Shown here in pieces: positions 13,777 through 26,511 of a stretch of DNA of 64,000 nucleotides (position 1 is its first letter; every line of letters starts with the position of its first letter). The position numbers were made by a program, and so were the translations under genes. This stretch comes from Eledone cirrhosa (taxonomy: Eukaryota): positions 226,920,001 to 226,984,000 of the forward strand of contig OZ024742.1 in NCBI GenBank assembly GCA_964016885.1, written 5' to 3'. A model generated the notes under the pieces. The model saw nothing but the letters and a program-made list of their open reading frames with translations, did not search any database and had not been told where the DNA came from.

Positions 13777-13782
<6 letters not shown>
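13565..13782. repeat. Fold-back-ended dispersed repeat, copy 2 (about 130-bp palindrome)
   Basis: Near-perfect palindrome 13650-13782 abutting (TA)n; homologous to 6282-6435. Confidence 0.8.
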
Positions 13783-13836
<54 letters not shown>

Positions 13837-14166
13837 AAAACGGAAGTAAATCCACGCATTGGAAAATAAATAGGCAAATTGTATTTCATGTTTGTCTTTG
13901 AAACGAAATTACTGATAATGTATAAACAAGTCAAATTGGTAAAATATATGTATTTTCATCTTCCACATGTGTCGATTGTTATTTTCTTTCATTTGTTCTA
14001 TTTCACACATGCACACACACACACACACACAATTGCTGAAATTACTCGCAACTGGAAATGCGTGTGTGTTGTTTGTGAGCACGCATGTTATTTTAAATGA
14101 ACTAGTATTGTGTTTAGTGAATCGATTGTAAAACGAGCAACGTTGATTGATTCGATATAGTCATTA

Positions 14167-14214
<48 letters not shown>

Positions 14215-14924
14215 CTTAGTGTCCTTCTGTGAAATTAAAGGTTTTACGCAAATGACACAACAGATTTGTTTTAAAATTACAATCATCATTAGAGTACGTT
14301 GAATTCATTTTACAACGATGCTCGGAGCATGTATACACACACGCATACATACATACTTCCATACATCACACATATCCATACATACATAGTGTATGTATGC
14401 TGAAATTGGTACTTACAATACCAGTTGTACTTAAACAGCCCAACATTACATTAACTGAATGAGCTCTCAGTACATGTAGATAGAGTAAGAATTATTATCC
14501 GAAGTAAAAGTTAGCATCAACTTTCAAAATTTCGAACACAGTCACCTTTTTCATCTGGTGGTGAATTGATGGTCGTTTTGTTTAATCTTATATATTTGTT
14601 AAGTATTGTATATATCATTTCTGTCTATCTATTTTCATTCTGTAAGAATTATTAATAATTTGTAATGTTATTTAATAAAATAAATACTAAAATCCCCCCA
14701 CAAAACAACTATTTTTGATTATTTAAAATCACTTGAAAGGGTTAGACGTATTTACGTGACTATGAAACGAAACCATTGGCAATGCATAAATAAGTGAAAC
14801 TGTTAATATAATTATGTCCAACTTCCACATTGTATTGATTGCTCCTTTCTTATGTTTGTACTCACACCTATATATACATACTATACAGACACACACACAC
14901 ATATATATATATATGTGTATGTGA

Positions 14925-14970
<46 letters not shown>

Positions 14971-15003
14971 ATATATATATATATGTATGTGAGTATATAT
15001 ATA

Positions 15004-15065
<62 letters not shown>

Positions 15066-15098
15066 CGTGTATATATATGTGTGTGTATATGTGTGTGC

Positions 15099-15142
<44 letters not shown>

Positions 15143-15226
15143 AGGAGGTGAGTTTTATTGTAGTACAATAAAGCAATGCAGATATCGGATAAGAAGCACT
15201 CTACAGTTTGTGGGACTGGAGTATGC

Positions 15227-15438
15227 ATAATATAAGATCAAAAGATGGTTAAAGGAGTTCAATATATTTTATTATGCGCATTTCAAAAACAAACATCATC
15301 AAACAATAATATTTGTGTTTTCATCAGATAAAACTCCTGTTTTATCTGATGAAAACACAAATATTATTGTTTGATGATGTTTGTTTTTGAAATGCGCATA
15401 ATAAAATATATTGAACTCCTTTAACCATCTTTTGATCT

Positions 15439-15446
<8 letters not shown>
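15227..15446. repeat. Perfect 220-bp palindrome (108-bp arms, TCCT loop)
   Basis: Arms 15227-15334 and 15339-15446 read as exact reverse complements. Confidence 0.95.
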
Positions 15447-15481
<35 letters not shown>

Positions 15482-15487
15482 CATATG

Positions 15488-15522
<35 letters not shown>

Positions 15523-15815
15523 TGGTTGTCTTCGTCACGGACTCCCCACCCTCATTTTCAAATATAATTGAATATTAGGAACGTGTCAGTCGCTATTCCC
15601 AGTATCCTAGATTTCACAGTCCCACGTGAGATGAATGGAATATTTTAATATTCCACAGAGCGACTCTGTTTAGAGTCACCACATTTGGCCATACACACAC
15701 ACACACATCAGCTATCTACTGTCTATAATTTTTTCATTTTTTTTCTTTCTACAATTATCAATAAATATACTATCAACATATTGATAACAGTCAATTCAAT
15801 TGCTAGAACATTGTC

Positions 15816-15876
15816 ATCCTTCGTTTTAAGATCAGAGACAGATTCCGGTAATTTCCGTGAGTGAAAATGATTATTT

Positions 15877-15928
<52 letters not shown>

Positions 15929-16200
15929 CGTTATAATCTACACCTTTGAAAATATGTATCTCTGTAGAAAATATGTATGTTTCTCCATAACTTTTATAAG
16001 GAAACAAAATCAGGCGGAGATTCTTAACTGTAGTTATGCCACATATATGTATATATGAAGACTACATAACTTTCTTAATAATACATTTCATTTTCGAACG
16101 TTGAGATTACAACGATTGTTTATATAAAAAAAAATTTAAATTTATCATTTTTCATTCACGGAAATTACCGAAAGTTGTTTGTGATCTTAAAACGAACGAT
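15816..16200. repeat. Old diverged inverted repeat
   Basis: TTCGTTTTAAGATC..GGTAATTTCCGTGA..GAAAATGA mirrored at 16134-16197. Confidence 0.7.
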
Positions 16201-16364
16201 TACCGCTAGAAGGCTATTAATTATCCGTCTTAACTATAAAGGGGTGTGTACATGTATTTGTATGTATGTGTATGTATATGTGACGTAATTTGCTCAGGGA
16301 GGCAGAAAAGGAAACCGTAGTGCCATAATATAGTTTTGGCTGTTTCTTAAGAAGAATAAAATAA

Positions 16365-16700
16365 AGTATTCTTTTACTGGTTTCACCCATTAGACTACGG
16401 TCATGCTGGGGGCACCACCTTCATTTAGTCCATCATAATCTCTCTCTCTCTCTCTTTTTTTGTCGAACCGTTAAATTATGGGACAAATGCAGACACAAAC
16501 GTAAACACAGTTATGCATACACTCACTCTTACACACGTATACCACGGACTTCTGCAGATTCCGTCTACCAAATTGCATTCATAAGACATTGGTCAACCCG
16601 CGGCTATAGTAGTCTAAGGCACTTTGCCCAATGTCTAAGTTGTCGCAAACTGAACCCATAACCACGTGGCTGTGTCAAGCGAGCTTCTTATTAGTGCAGT
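16365..16700 (-). mobile_element. tRNA-derived SINE (resembles octopus OR-type SINEs)
   Basis: CATGCTGGGGGCACCACC tail region and TCCGTCTACCAAAT..GGCTATAGTAG..CCCAA..GAACCC..AACCACGTGG; related pieces at 30628-30865, 37505-37750, 40050-40365 and 57398-57460. Confidence 0.65.
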
Positions 16701-17127
16701 AATAGTGTATTTGTGTAATAATGTTGGTATATTGCTTTAGAAATTCCATTCCACGCTGTCGTTATCATCTCGTGATGTGTTTCATTGTGGAGGTCTTTGA
16801 GAAATTATCTCTACAGAATTCACGTTATGTTTATGTTTAGCGCTAAATAATTCAATTTGAATAGTCAATTTACTTTGCAAAACACCCTCATGGCAATCAT
16901 AATATTACACTGTTTATAATAAAACATGTCTTACATTTTAATATTTTGATATTTAAATATTCTCTCTATTCAATAACGATGCCTTGGGCTGAAATTATAC
17001 ATTTTTTTGTATTACCGTTTTTGTCTTTTCAATCTAATTATCTTTTTTTAAAAAGTTGTTGCTTCTTACAATAACCAATTATTTATGTTAAAACGAATTT
17101 TTAAGTTATAGAGGACACACACACACA

Positions 17128-17229
17128 CATAGTGTTCCCCAAAAATGTATACACACTTCAACAGCATTCTAATAATATTGTCTGTACAGGTAATAAAAAT
17201 GTGTGTACATTTTTGGGGGACACCCTGTA
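17128..17229. mobile_element. Tc1/mariner-type MITE
   Basis: About 28-bp TIRs similar to CAGGGTGTCCCCCAAAAATGTACACACA; TA at the right flank. Confidence 0.7.
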
Positions 17230-17703
17230 TATATATATATATATAGCGGAATAGATATCTCATATATATTACTGTAAAGGAAACGTGTTTTAATAGTTGT
17301 TTTTATTTAACCACAGGTTAGACCTAATTGAGCAGGCCTACTGTTAGTCATTCCAATCATATCTATCCTTTCTTTTTAAATAGTGTCTCAGACAACGTTA
17401 TCTAATATGCCCCTTTTATAGAAATAAATTTTGATTTGAGAGAGATTTGGCTGCTATTTCTAGCAGGCCAAGTAGCCCGCAGGTTCCCTTGTTGACCCGT
17501 AAAAGTTGTATACGTGTATGTGTGCATATATGTGTATGTTCATGTGTGTATGAATAGATAAATGTATAAAGTATGTCGTTTGGTAGTAGGATCTCAGATT
17601 TGTCTTGTATTACAAGCAGGAAGAACCTCTACATACACGAACATTAACTTTTCAACTTTTATCTATTCTTTTAATCTAATCAGATAAAGAGTAAAGTGAT
17701 AAT

Positions 17704-19790
17704 CATCATCATCTCCGTTTAACGACTATTTTTCCATGCTGGTATGGGTTAGATGAGTTTTAAGCAACGCCAGGTCATGTGACCATGTCTTGCTCATACA
17801 GAACTGATTTTGACTTTGTTTCTACAGCTGGATGCCCTTCCTAGCGCCAACCTCATTTACAGTGAGTGTGGGGAGCTTTTTGCCATGACACCTACACGAC
17901 TACTTTACAGTGTGGACTGGGTGCTTTTTGCCATGACACCTACACGACCACTTTACAGTGTAGACTGGAGGCTTTTTGCCATGACACCTACACGACCACT
18001 TTACAGTGTAGACTGGAGGCTTTTTGCCGTGACACCTACACGACCACTTTACAGTGTAGACTGGAGGCTTTTTGCCATGACACCTACACGACCACTTTAC
18101 AGTGTAGGCTGGAGGCTTTTTGCCATGACACCTACACGACCACTTTACAGTGTAGACTGGAGGCTTTTTGCCATGACACCTACACGACCACTTTACAGTG
18201 TAGACTGGAGGCTTTTTGCCATGACACCTACACGACCACTTTACAGTGTAGACTGGAGGCTTTTTGCCATGACACCTACACGACCACTTTACAGTGTAGA
18301 CTGGAGGCTTTTTGCCATGACACCTACACGACCACTTTACAGTGTAGACTGGAGGCTTTTTGCCATGACACCTACACGACCACTTTACAGTGTAGACTGG
18401 AGGCTTTTTGCCATGACACCTACACGACCACTTTACAGTGTAGACTGGAGGCTTTTTGCCATGACACCTACACGACCACTTTACAGTGTAGACTGGAGGC
18501 TTTTTGCCATGACACCTACACGACCACTTTACAGTGTAGACTGGAGGCTTTTTGCCATGACACCTACACGACCACTTTACAGTGTAGACTGGAGGCTTTT
18601 TGCCATGACACCTACACGACCACTTTACAGTGTAGGCTGGAGGCTTTTTGCCATGACACCTACACGACCACTTTACAGTGTAGACTGGAGGCTTTTTGCC
18701 ATGACACCTACACGACCACTTTACAGTGTAGGCTGGAAGCTTTTTGTCATGACACCTACATGACCACTTTACAGTGTAGGCTGGAAGCTTTTTGTCATGA
18801 CACCTACACGACCACTTTACAGTGTAGACTGGAGGCTTTTTGTCATGACACCTACACGACTACTTTACAGTGTGGACTGGGTGCTTTTTGCCATGACACC
18901 TACACGACCACTTTACAGTGTAGACTGGAGGCTTTTTGCCATGACACCTACACGACCACTTTACAGTGTAGACTGGAGGCTTTTTGCCGTGACACCTACA
19001 CGACCACTTTACAGTGTAGACTGGAGGCTTTTTGCCATGACACCTACACGACCACTTTACAGTGTAGGCTGGAGGCTTTTTGCCATGACACCTACACGAC
19101 CACTTTACAGTGTAGACTGGAGGCTTTTTGCCATGACACCTACACGACCACTTTACAGTGTAGACTGGAGGCTTTTTGCCATGACACCTACACGACCACT
19201 TTACAGTGTAGACTGGAGGCTTTTTGCCATGACACCTACACGACCACTTTACAGTGTAGACTGGAGGCTTTTTGCCATGACACCTACACGACCACTTTAC
19301 AGTGTAGACTGGAGGCTTTTTGCCATGACACCTACACGACCACTTTACAGTGTAGACTGGAGGCTTTTTGCCATGACACCTACACGACCACTTTACAGTG
19401 TAGACTGGAGGCTTTTTGCCATGACACCTACACGACCACTTTACAGTGTAGGCTGGAGGCTTTTTGCCATGACACCTACACGACCACTTTACAGTGTAGG
19501 CTGGAGGCTTTTTGTCATGACACCTACACGACCACTTTACAGTGTAGACTGGAGGCTTTTTGCCATGACACCTACACGACCACTTTACAGTGTAGGCTGG
19601 AGGCTTTTTGTCATGACACCTACACGACCACTTTACAGTGTAGACTGGAGGCTTTTTGCCATGACACCTACACGACCACTTTACAGTGTAGACTGGAGGC
19701 TTCGCTGAATGTATGCTTCAGCCAGTCCTCATGGGAGATGTATGGGAGTGGGTGGGGTGGTGAATACTATTTATATGCTTCAGTCTCGGT
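17704..19790 (-). mobile_element. RTE-tailed non-autonomous element with an internal 48-bp tandem array
   Basis: (CAT)n and RTE terminus at 17704-17760, GGATGCCCTTCC motif near 17830, then the array, then TATTTATATGCTTCAG matching the family-B 3' UTR (about 55392-55410, reverse). Confidence 0.75.
17856..19700. repeat. 48-bp minisatellite, about 38 copies
   Basis: Unit TTACAGTGTAGACTGGAGGCTTTTTGCCATGACACCTACACGACCACT. Confidence 0.97.
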
Positions 19791-19840
19791 CTGTGCCCGT
19801 GGGAAGTCTGTCTTTTGTAATGATAATATTTATTTAAATT

Positions 19841-20074
19841 TTAAGCCTTTAGCATTTACATTACTCTATATATATATATACTATTGTATTTTTGTGATAA
19901 AGGCTTTATCTTATATAATTATCTCACATAATATCGAATCGACGAGATTTTAATGTTATTTATTTTGAGAGCAATACTTTAATGTCAATATGAGTGGTTA
20001 GTTACAGTCAGTTTAACAGAAAGAGGTGAGAGAATTCTGGCCAGATACAGCCAGTTTGAATGCTCAAGGGTTAA
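19841..20074. mobile_element. piggyBac-like MITE, complete
   Basis: TTAA-GCCTTTAGCATTTA...TGAATGCTCAAGGG-TTAA. Confidence 0.7.
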
Positions 20075-20210
20075 TACTGGTATTTTAAACTCTTTTTGTC
20101 TCTCTTTGGGGAGACAAAATGTCCCTTTAACTTTTTCCAGAAATTGTTTGTTGAATGTCAGCAGTTGAATATGGCTGACAGATACTCTGACTTACTGATT
20201 CAGCAACCCT

Positions 20211-20624
20211 TTAAACCCTTTTGATATCCCCACCTGTCCGTGAAGCTGCCCTTGATTTGGCAATATAAAGCTTTTTATTTGAAATTGTTTATATCTATCG
20301 TAAACCTTCTATCATAATTTTATGTAAGAACATTTATGTTCCAAACACCAGCATAATGAAAAAGTTATTCTTCAAAATCCCACCCAAATTGTTAATTATT
20401 TGAAAATCTTAGGCACTGTCTTTCATGAGAAATATAGTAGAGATAAGGTCAAAATGTTTATATCTATCTAAAAATCTTCCTCCATCATAATTTGTTCCAA
20501 ACACCAGCTTCATAACGAGAAAATTATATTATTAAATCCCTCTAAATTCTTGATTATTTTCAGAATTATTTGAAAATTATAGGCAGTGTATTTTTCATTT
20601 CAAATATGATAATGAAAGGGTTAA
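20211..20624. mobile_element. Second piggyBac-like MITE with internal duplication
   Basis: TTAAACCCTTTTGATA...AATGAAAGGG-TTAA; TTCCAAACACCAGC occurs twice; relative at about 34485-34815. Confidence 0.5.
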
Positions 20625-20707
20625 ACAATTCCTATTGGGTAATCAGATATTGAAATCATGTTAATGCATGGCTCATTTATTGCTTCATAATTTTTACTAA
20701 CATTCGC

Positions 20708-20880
20708 TCAAAGCCAGCAATTTTGGGGAAGGGGTAAGTTGATTATATCGACTCCAGTACTTAACTGGTATTTTATTTTATCAACCTTGGATGCATGAAA
20801 GGCAAAGTTGATCTCAGTGAGATTTGAATTCAGCATGTAGAAAGTCCTAACTAAATACAACAAAGTATTTTAGCCCTACA
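20708..20880 (-). mobile_element. tRNA-SINE (MetaSINE-like)
   Basis: CTGGTATTTTATTTTATCAACC..ATGAAAGGCAAAGTTGA..GATTTGAA is the reverse of the central domain plus B-box. Confidence 0.65.
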
Positions 20881-21282
20881 CTGTACTGATACAATTAATC
20901 CTCTGCTCTCTCCTCTTGTTTCATATTGCCAGTAGATTCATATATCAATGAATTTGTATATCTTTATATTATGGCCTTCCATTATTCCGAAGTGATTTTC
21001 ACTACCTATTATATGAGTGCTTTTAAGTAATCTCTCGTGGTTCTCTTGGGGAATACAAGTCTAACAGTTAACAGATCAAACACTAGAATACATTGACTTT
21101 ACAGTTCGAAATAAGTTAATATCTTGTTGGACTCACTGCATATGTGTGATTATGAGGATTTGCCTCACACATATGTTAGGGTTCCTTCAACAACTTGCTC
21201 TCACTTGTACAGTTTAAATGACACATCACCATCATACTCCATTTCCATTCTTTTGAAAATAGGTGCTAACCTTGAAATATTA

Positions 21283-21470
21283 ATCAGTAGAGCGTTGGAC
21301 ACCATGCTTTGCAGCTTAGAGTTACGGTTCTTTACGGTCTGAGTTCAAATCCCGCTGAGGTTAGCTTTGCCTTTCATCTTTATGAGGTTGATAAAATAAA
21401 GTACCAGTAATGCACTGGGGGCGATTTAATCGACTTTGTCCTCCTCGCAAATTGCTGGCCTTGTGCCTTT
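21283..21470 (+). mobile_element. tRNA-SINE (MetaSINE-like)
   Basis: GAGTTCAAATCCCGCTGAGG..GCCTTTCATC..GATAAAATAAAGTACCAG. Confidence 0.75.
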
Positions 21471-24039
21471 CTAACTTGCATTGTACTGGCTTTCCCCAAA
21501 CAATCTTAATCACACATGCATGCAAATTCACACATCTGCATGTTCGCATGCAAAATGACTTCGGTAATCTGAGACATTTTGTATGTATTATTCCAAAGCA
21601 TAAAGTCCATGATGTTCTAAATCTTCATTCTAAAGGATACTCAAGCCTCCCTTATCATTCATAATATATTCATACAACAATGAATGCACATGTCAGGTTT
21701 TTCATCATGCTGAAGTGTTTTTATTATGGCACCAGCACTAGAGATATTGCAAGACTAAAAGATCACTCTCAATTCTGTCCTTTTCATTCAGTCTCATTAT
21801 TTCCTGTTCATTCAATCTCTAATCACACTGTAGAGTGTACTGGGTGCATTTTATAGTGATACCACCAATAGAGATGTTGCTATAACTTTGTCAAGACAAA
21901 AGATCCCCTCAACCTTGTTTTCTTTGTTCAATTTTTAATTGCATTGTAGAGTGTGTTGTTGCTATGACTTCGGCAAGATTAGAGATCCCTCTCAACATTG
22001 TCTGCTCCATTCAATTTCTAACCATGTTGTAGTGTGTAGTAGATGTGGTAGATGCATTTTACTGCAGCACTAGCATTAGAGATTATCGTGGCTCTTGCAT
22101 TACAGAGAAGTTCTCTTCACTGTTATTTCTGTTCTATACATGGATTTAACTATGAATTGGGTTGCCTCAGTGGCTTGTGTGTGTGTGAGTGAGTACAATA
22201 TAAGTACGAGTGGAGCATTTCTTGCAAATTCTTTAATTCACACATCTTTGTATCTACATGCACCAGAACTACCCAGAAACATTATGGCACTATTTGTTCT
22301 AATGTAGAAATTACCAGTCTGAGAGAGAAGACATCTTGAAGCTGGTTTAAAAAAAAAAAAAAAAAATTGGCGATGTAATATATTGACAAGGATCTACCAG
22401 CCATAAAGATCATCCAATACATAGAGACTACAAAACTTTTAGCTGGTTTATAGCTAGAGGAATATGACTCGTGCAAGCTTGCCCCTTATCTCCCTTTGTT
22501 GTGGAACTCGTAAGAAAAGCAAAGAATATTCAAGACTCATATTAATAGCTATCCTTATTTTTCACTTTTTTCCTTTCTTTTATTCTCTCCCTGTCTCTCT
22601 CTGGTTTTAGTTTCTTAATTATAAGGAGTATTAGATACCTCTCCTGGTCTGCTATGGCTTACTAGCTCTATACAGACATTTAAATTGACTAAATAAATAA
22701 ATAAATGAATACATGCACAATGAATCTGGTGAATGGAACAAGATATTTTGGTTTTCTTATTTCAAACTGTAGAGTCGAGGATGCTTATTGTTCATTAATG
22801 CCAGCAAATTTAGTAAATTCATATCATAATGAATCTGCAGGTTTGGCCTTTTATCATTCTGAAGTGCTTTTCACTGACTATTATTGCTGCTGTTAAGTAA
22901 TCTCAGGTGGTTACTGCATGACAACCCTGTCAAGCAGCTAGCAGATCAAACATTTCATTACCCTCCCTAAACTCATCACAACAGATATGGTGATATAGCT
23001 TATTTGATTTTTTTGCCTGCAGATTGGAAAGGTTAAAGCTTCTTATCAGATTCACAGGGGTTCATTGCGATTCATTGTTTCATATCATCCTTATTGAACA
23101 TCTGTTTTCCTGCTGGCAAGGGTTGGACTGGTCCCTAAGACCAAATCAGTACCTAATCGATGTCACTGACTTCTCAGACAGACTGGGAACCTTGTCTTAC
23201 GTATATTTTTGCACTTTACAGAGTGCACAGGATGTGTTTTATCATGGCACCAGCACTAGGGAGGTTGTCATGTTTTTGACAGGGCTGAAGAGCCCTCACA
23301 ACTTTTTATTTGGCAAGTTTTCAAGGGATAGATACTCTTCCTCTCATCAGCCATTCTACTGAGTGTACTGGGTGCGTTTTATCATGGCAGCACCTCTAGG
23401 GAAGTTGCTGTATATATAGTAGTTAAGGTTAGGGTTCATTCTAATTAGAGTTCCCTCGTCAGTACATGGGTGGCATGGGTTGTTACAGTACTGAGTTCTT
23501 ATTTGGAGTTACATCTCACTCAATATGTTGTAATTTTAGCATAGTTTCTACAGCCTTTTCTTACACCACACACACTTTACAGAGGATACAGGGTGCATTT
23601 TATTGTCACCAGCACTAGAGGGGTTGTCGTCACCTCAGTAAGACTAAAGTGCCCTCTCCATTCAATTCCCAACCACTTGACAATATACTGGGTGTAATTT
23701 ATCATGGCACCACCACTAGCGATTTCCTTGACTCTTATGTGGCAAAAGAGGACTTTCTGACCCATACTCTATTTGCTGTTACTCCCCAATGACACCTACT
23801 CCTACACAGATTATACCATCTTTCATTCCTCTCTAAATTGTTGCTCTCAAGCATCATCCATGTGCAATCCTGGCACCACACCAAACCTGTACTGATTCCA
23901 TGAACAGAGATCTTGAAAACATCCACTATTGGGGTTATGTAAACAGCAAATTACACATATCAAGTAAACACTATTGTTTTCACCCATCTTAAACATGAAC
24001 AAAACACAACTAGAAATCTCAAGGTCACTCACTACAAAT

Positions 24040-24265
24040 TCTTGGCCTCCACTTCACTGAACGTTATTCCTGGTAAAAGCATCTCAAAGACCATATCTCT
24101 TCCATCACTGTTGCAAGATCAGAAAGTACTTCAGCCCCCAACTACTACTAAAATCCTACAAAGCTCTATCATGAAGTACTGCCCCCACATCTGGGATAGT
24201 GCTGCTGTCATGCACAGACATCTTAGACCCACAATAGTGTAGTGTTGCCATATCTGGGACACTGC
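24040..24265 (+). mobile_element. Old CR1/L2/Jockey-like LINE RT C-terminal remnant
   Basis: SIMKYCPHIWDSA resembles the xxMEYCSxxW motif that follows RT. Confidence 0.35.
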
Positions 24266-24733
24266 TTCTACTTCACAAACAGATATCCCAGACCAAACAA
24301 TACAATACTACTACATTTAGATCAGTGCTACTGCCACACAGACAGACATCACAGATGTACCCAGGTAGGAGGATGGGAAAAGTAGGTGGGAAGTGATGGA
24401 CTCTGTCTCTCCCATCAAACCGATTCAATAAAAAAACAAAAAGCAACTAGCATATCTGGTTTATAATTATTTATTCTGTTGATGATCCCTAGTAATAGCA
24501 ATGTCTTAATTCTTTCTATTAACTTTTAACAACCCGTAATGATTTAGTTGAATATATTTAAATATGGGCTTAACTTAAATGTTCATAATATCTTTACTAG
24601 TGGACAGATTGTGGAAATTTGCAGTATTAAAGACTAGTTTTTAATGTGATGCAGTCATAGTGCTGATTTGTACTCTTCAGGAATGTCTTGTTAACATGGT
24701 TTCATATGGTACAGAATATTGAGTTAAAGACTA

Positions 24734-25814
24734 CGAGGTAGCTGAAAAGTTCATAGGCTGACCAAGATACTCTCCATTGGTGTTGCAGTGTTTGGATCCC
24801 ATTGGTGAAGAAGCTTTTATCTTGTTGGTAAAAAAGTCAACAGCAGCAGATATGACATCATCATCACTGTGATACTGGCTCCCAGCCAAGTGTTTTTCTC
24901 ATGTTGGGGAACAGTTGATAGTCAGATGGGGCCAAATCAAGAGAATAGGGAGGGGTGATCAACCAATTCAAAGCCACAGTTATGCACAGCAGCCACTGAA
25001 ACCAAGTACTGGTGTGTTGGAACATTGTCCTGATGAAACAAGACCCCCTTTTGTCAGTTTACCTGGGTGTTTGGTCTTGACAGCCTTTCATAACTGCCTC
25101 AGCAAGTTGGCTTGGTACTCTCCATTGATAGTGTGGCCCTTTTGAAGATAGTCAATAAACACAATACCTTTTGCATCCGAAAAACTGAGGCCTTCCCTGC
25201 AGATGAAATGACCTTGGCCTTATTTGGAGCAGGTGAGGGAGGCTGTTTCCAATGTATAGATTGTCTCTTTATCTCTGGCTCAAAGTGATGAATCCAACAC
25301 ACACTCTGGGTTAAGAAACGTTCAAAGAAACCAGCTTGATCTGTCTAAAAAGATGTTCATTGTGCAGAATATTGTTAACTGTTTTACAGGATATGCTAAT
25401 AGCATTGGCTATTTGATTTATAATCAATCACTTGTCATCCATCACTATGTGGTGAACACGATCAATGTTTTTGTGTGGTGACAGTTGCAGGACGCCTTCA
25501 AGACTCTCCCTTTCCTTCCTAAATTCAGCTGGCCACTTTTGCACTGTTGATAAAGCTGGAATATCATCCCCTAATGTAGCAACCATGTCAGCATGAATGT
25601 CCTTGGAGGCTAAACCCCTTTTTCTGCAGGTACTTGATAGCACCACAATGTCAAATTTTGTCCATTTTTAAGAGAAGTTGCTACTAGTTACTTTTGAAGT
25701 CTTCTTTGAACAGTCAGATGTTAGTTTACCTGGAGAGAAACAATGCATGTAAGATTTCACAGCTCGAGCATCACTCTTTCAAAGTCAGCCTATGAACTTT
25801 TCAGCCCACCCTTG
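24734..25814 (-). mobile_element. Decayed mariner transposon
   Basis: TIRs CGAGGTAGCTGAAAAGTTCATAGGCTGAC / GTCAGCCTATGAACTTTTCAGCCCACCCTTG; HTH DIHADMVATLGDD..STVQKW..F; WIHHFEPEIKRQS..SAGK. Confidence 0.9.
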
Positions 25815-26511
25815 AATGTGTTAGTGATTCAGCTTGAAAGCTTTTAAGATATTTCAACTGATAAATTCATGTATTACTTGATCCTTTTATGTAAGTGACA
25901 CTTGAGATTTTGAAGATAAATCTTTTTGGTAATATTATGTTCATCTACATTAAAGGTGCTCAACGGGGGGGGGGGGGGTTATGCAGTAAGGGGGCGTTTG
26001 AAACTTTGAGGGCGCTAGAAGCCCCTTTAGTTTGGTAAGTTTTATAAGTCATATTTGTATGTCTCTTAGACAGTCAGTGATTTGAATGAAGAAAACAAAG
26101 AAAATAAATTAAAGAAGCTTGTCAACGAATTCCCTAGGGAGATAAAAGAAAATCAAAAGAAATCAAAGAGAATGAAAGTAAGGACTACTTCAACAGAAAT
26201 GACAAGAAGAAACAATGGTGGTGAACATACACATACACACACACATATATACACATACATACACACACACACATATATACACACACAGGCCAGCGTTAGT
26301 GTTTGATGAAGTTGAGAACCTGGTCAGCTTTCAGCCAGAAGTGTGGTATTTAATCTCCCTATGTAGTAAAATCTGGCGACAAAGATTTTCTCCTTACCAA
26401 AAAAGAAGACATAGATCATATCAACATCCTTACACACTTAAATATAAATGCATGTATATATACATAAGTATAAATACATAGCTATATACATACGTAAATG
26501 TATGTATATAT

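Noticed and set aside
13015-14870. Diverged direct repeat of about 95 bp (13015-13110 / 14770-14870) as LTRs
   Set aside because: No TG..CA ends, PBS, PPT or internal coding; more likely an old local duplication
15346-15356. CTGATGAAAAC inside the perfect palindrome as a hammerhead core
   Set aside because: No stem II and no correctly spaced GAAA/NUH
17856-19700. CRISPR-like appearance of this array and of 51481-52905
   Set aside because: Units are contiguous with no unique spacers, there are no cas genes, and the context is eukaryotic
17866-19953. 695-aa Cys/His-rich repeat ORF and overlapping 317/303-aa ORFs
   Set aside because: Consequence of a 48-bp unit divisible by three that lacks stops in two frames; the unit derives from non-coding retroelement sequence
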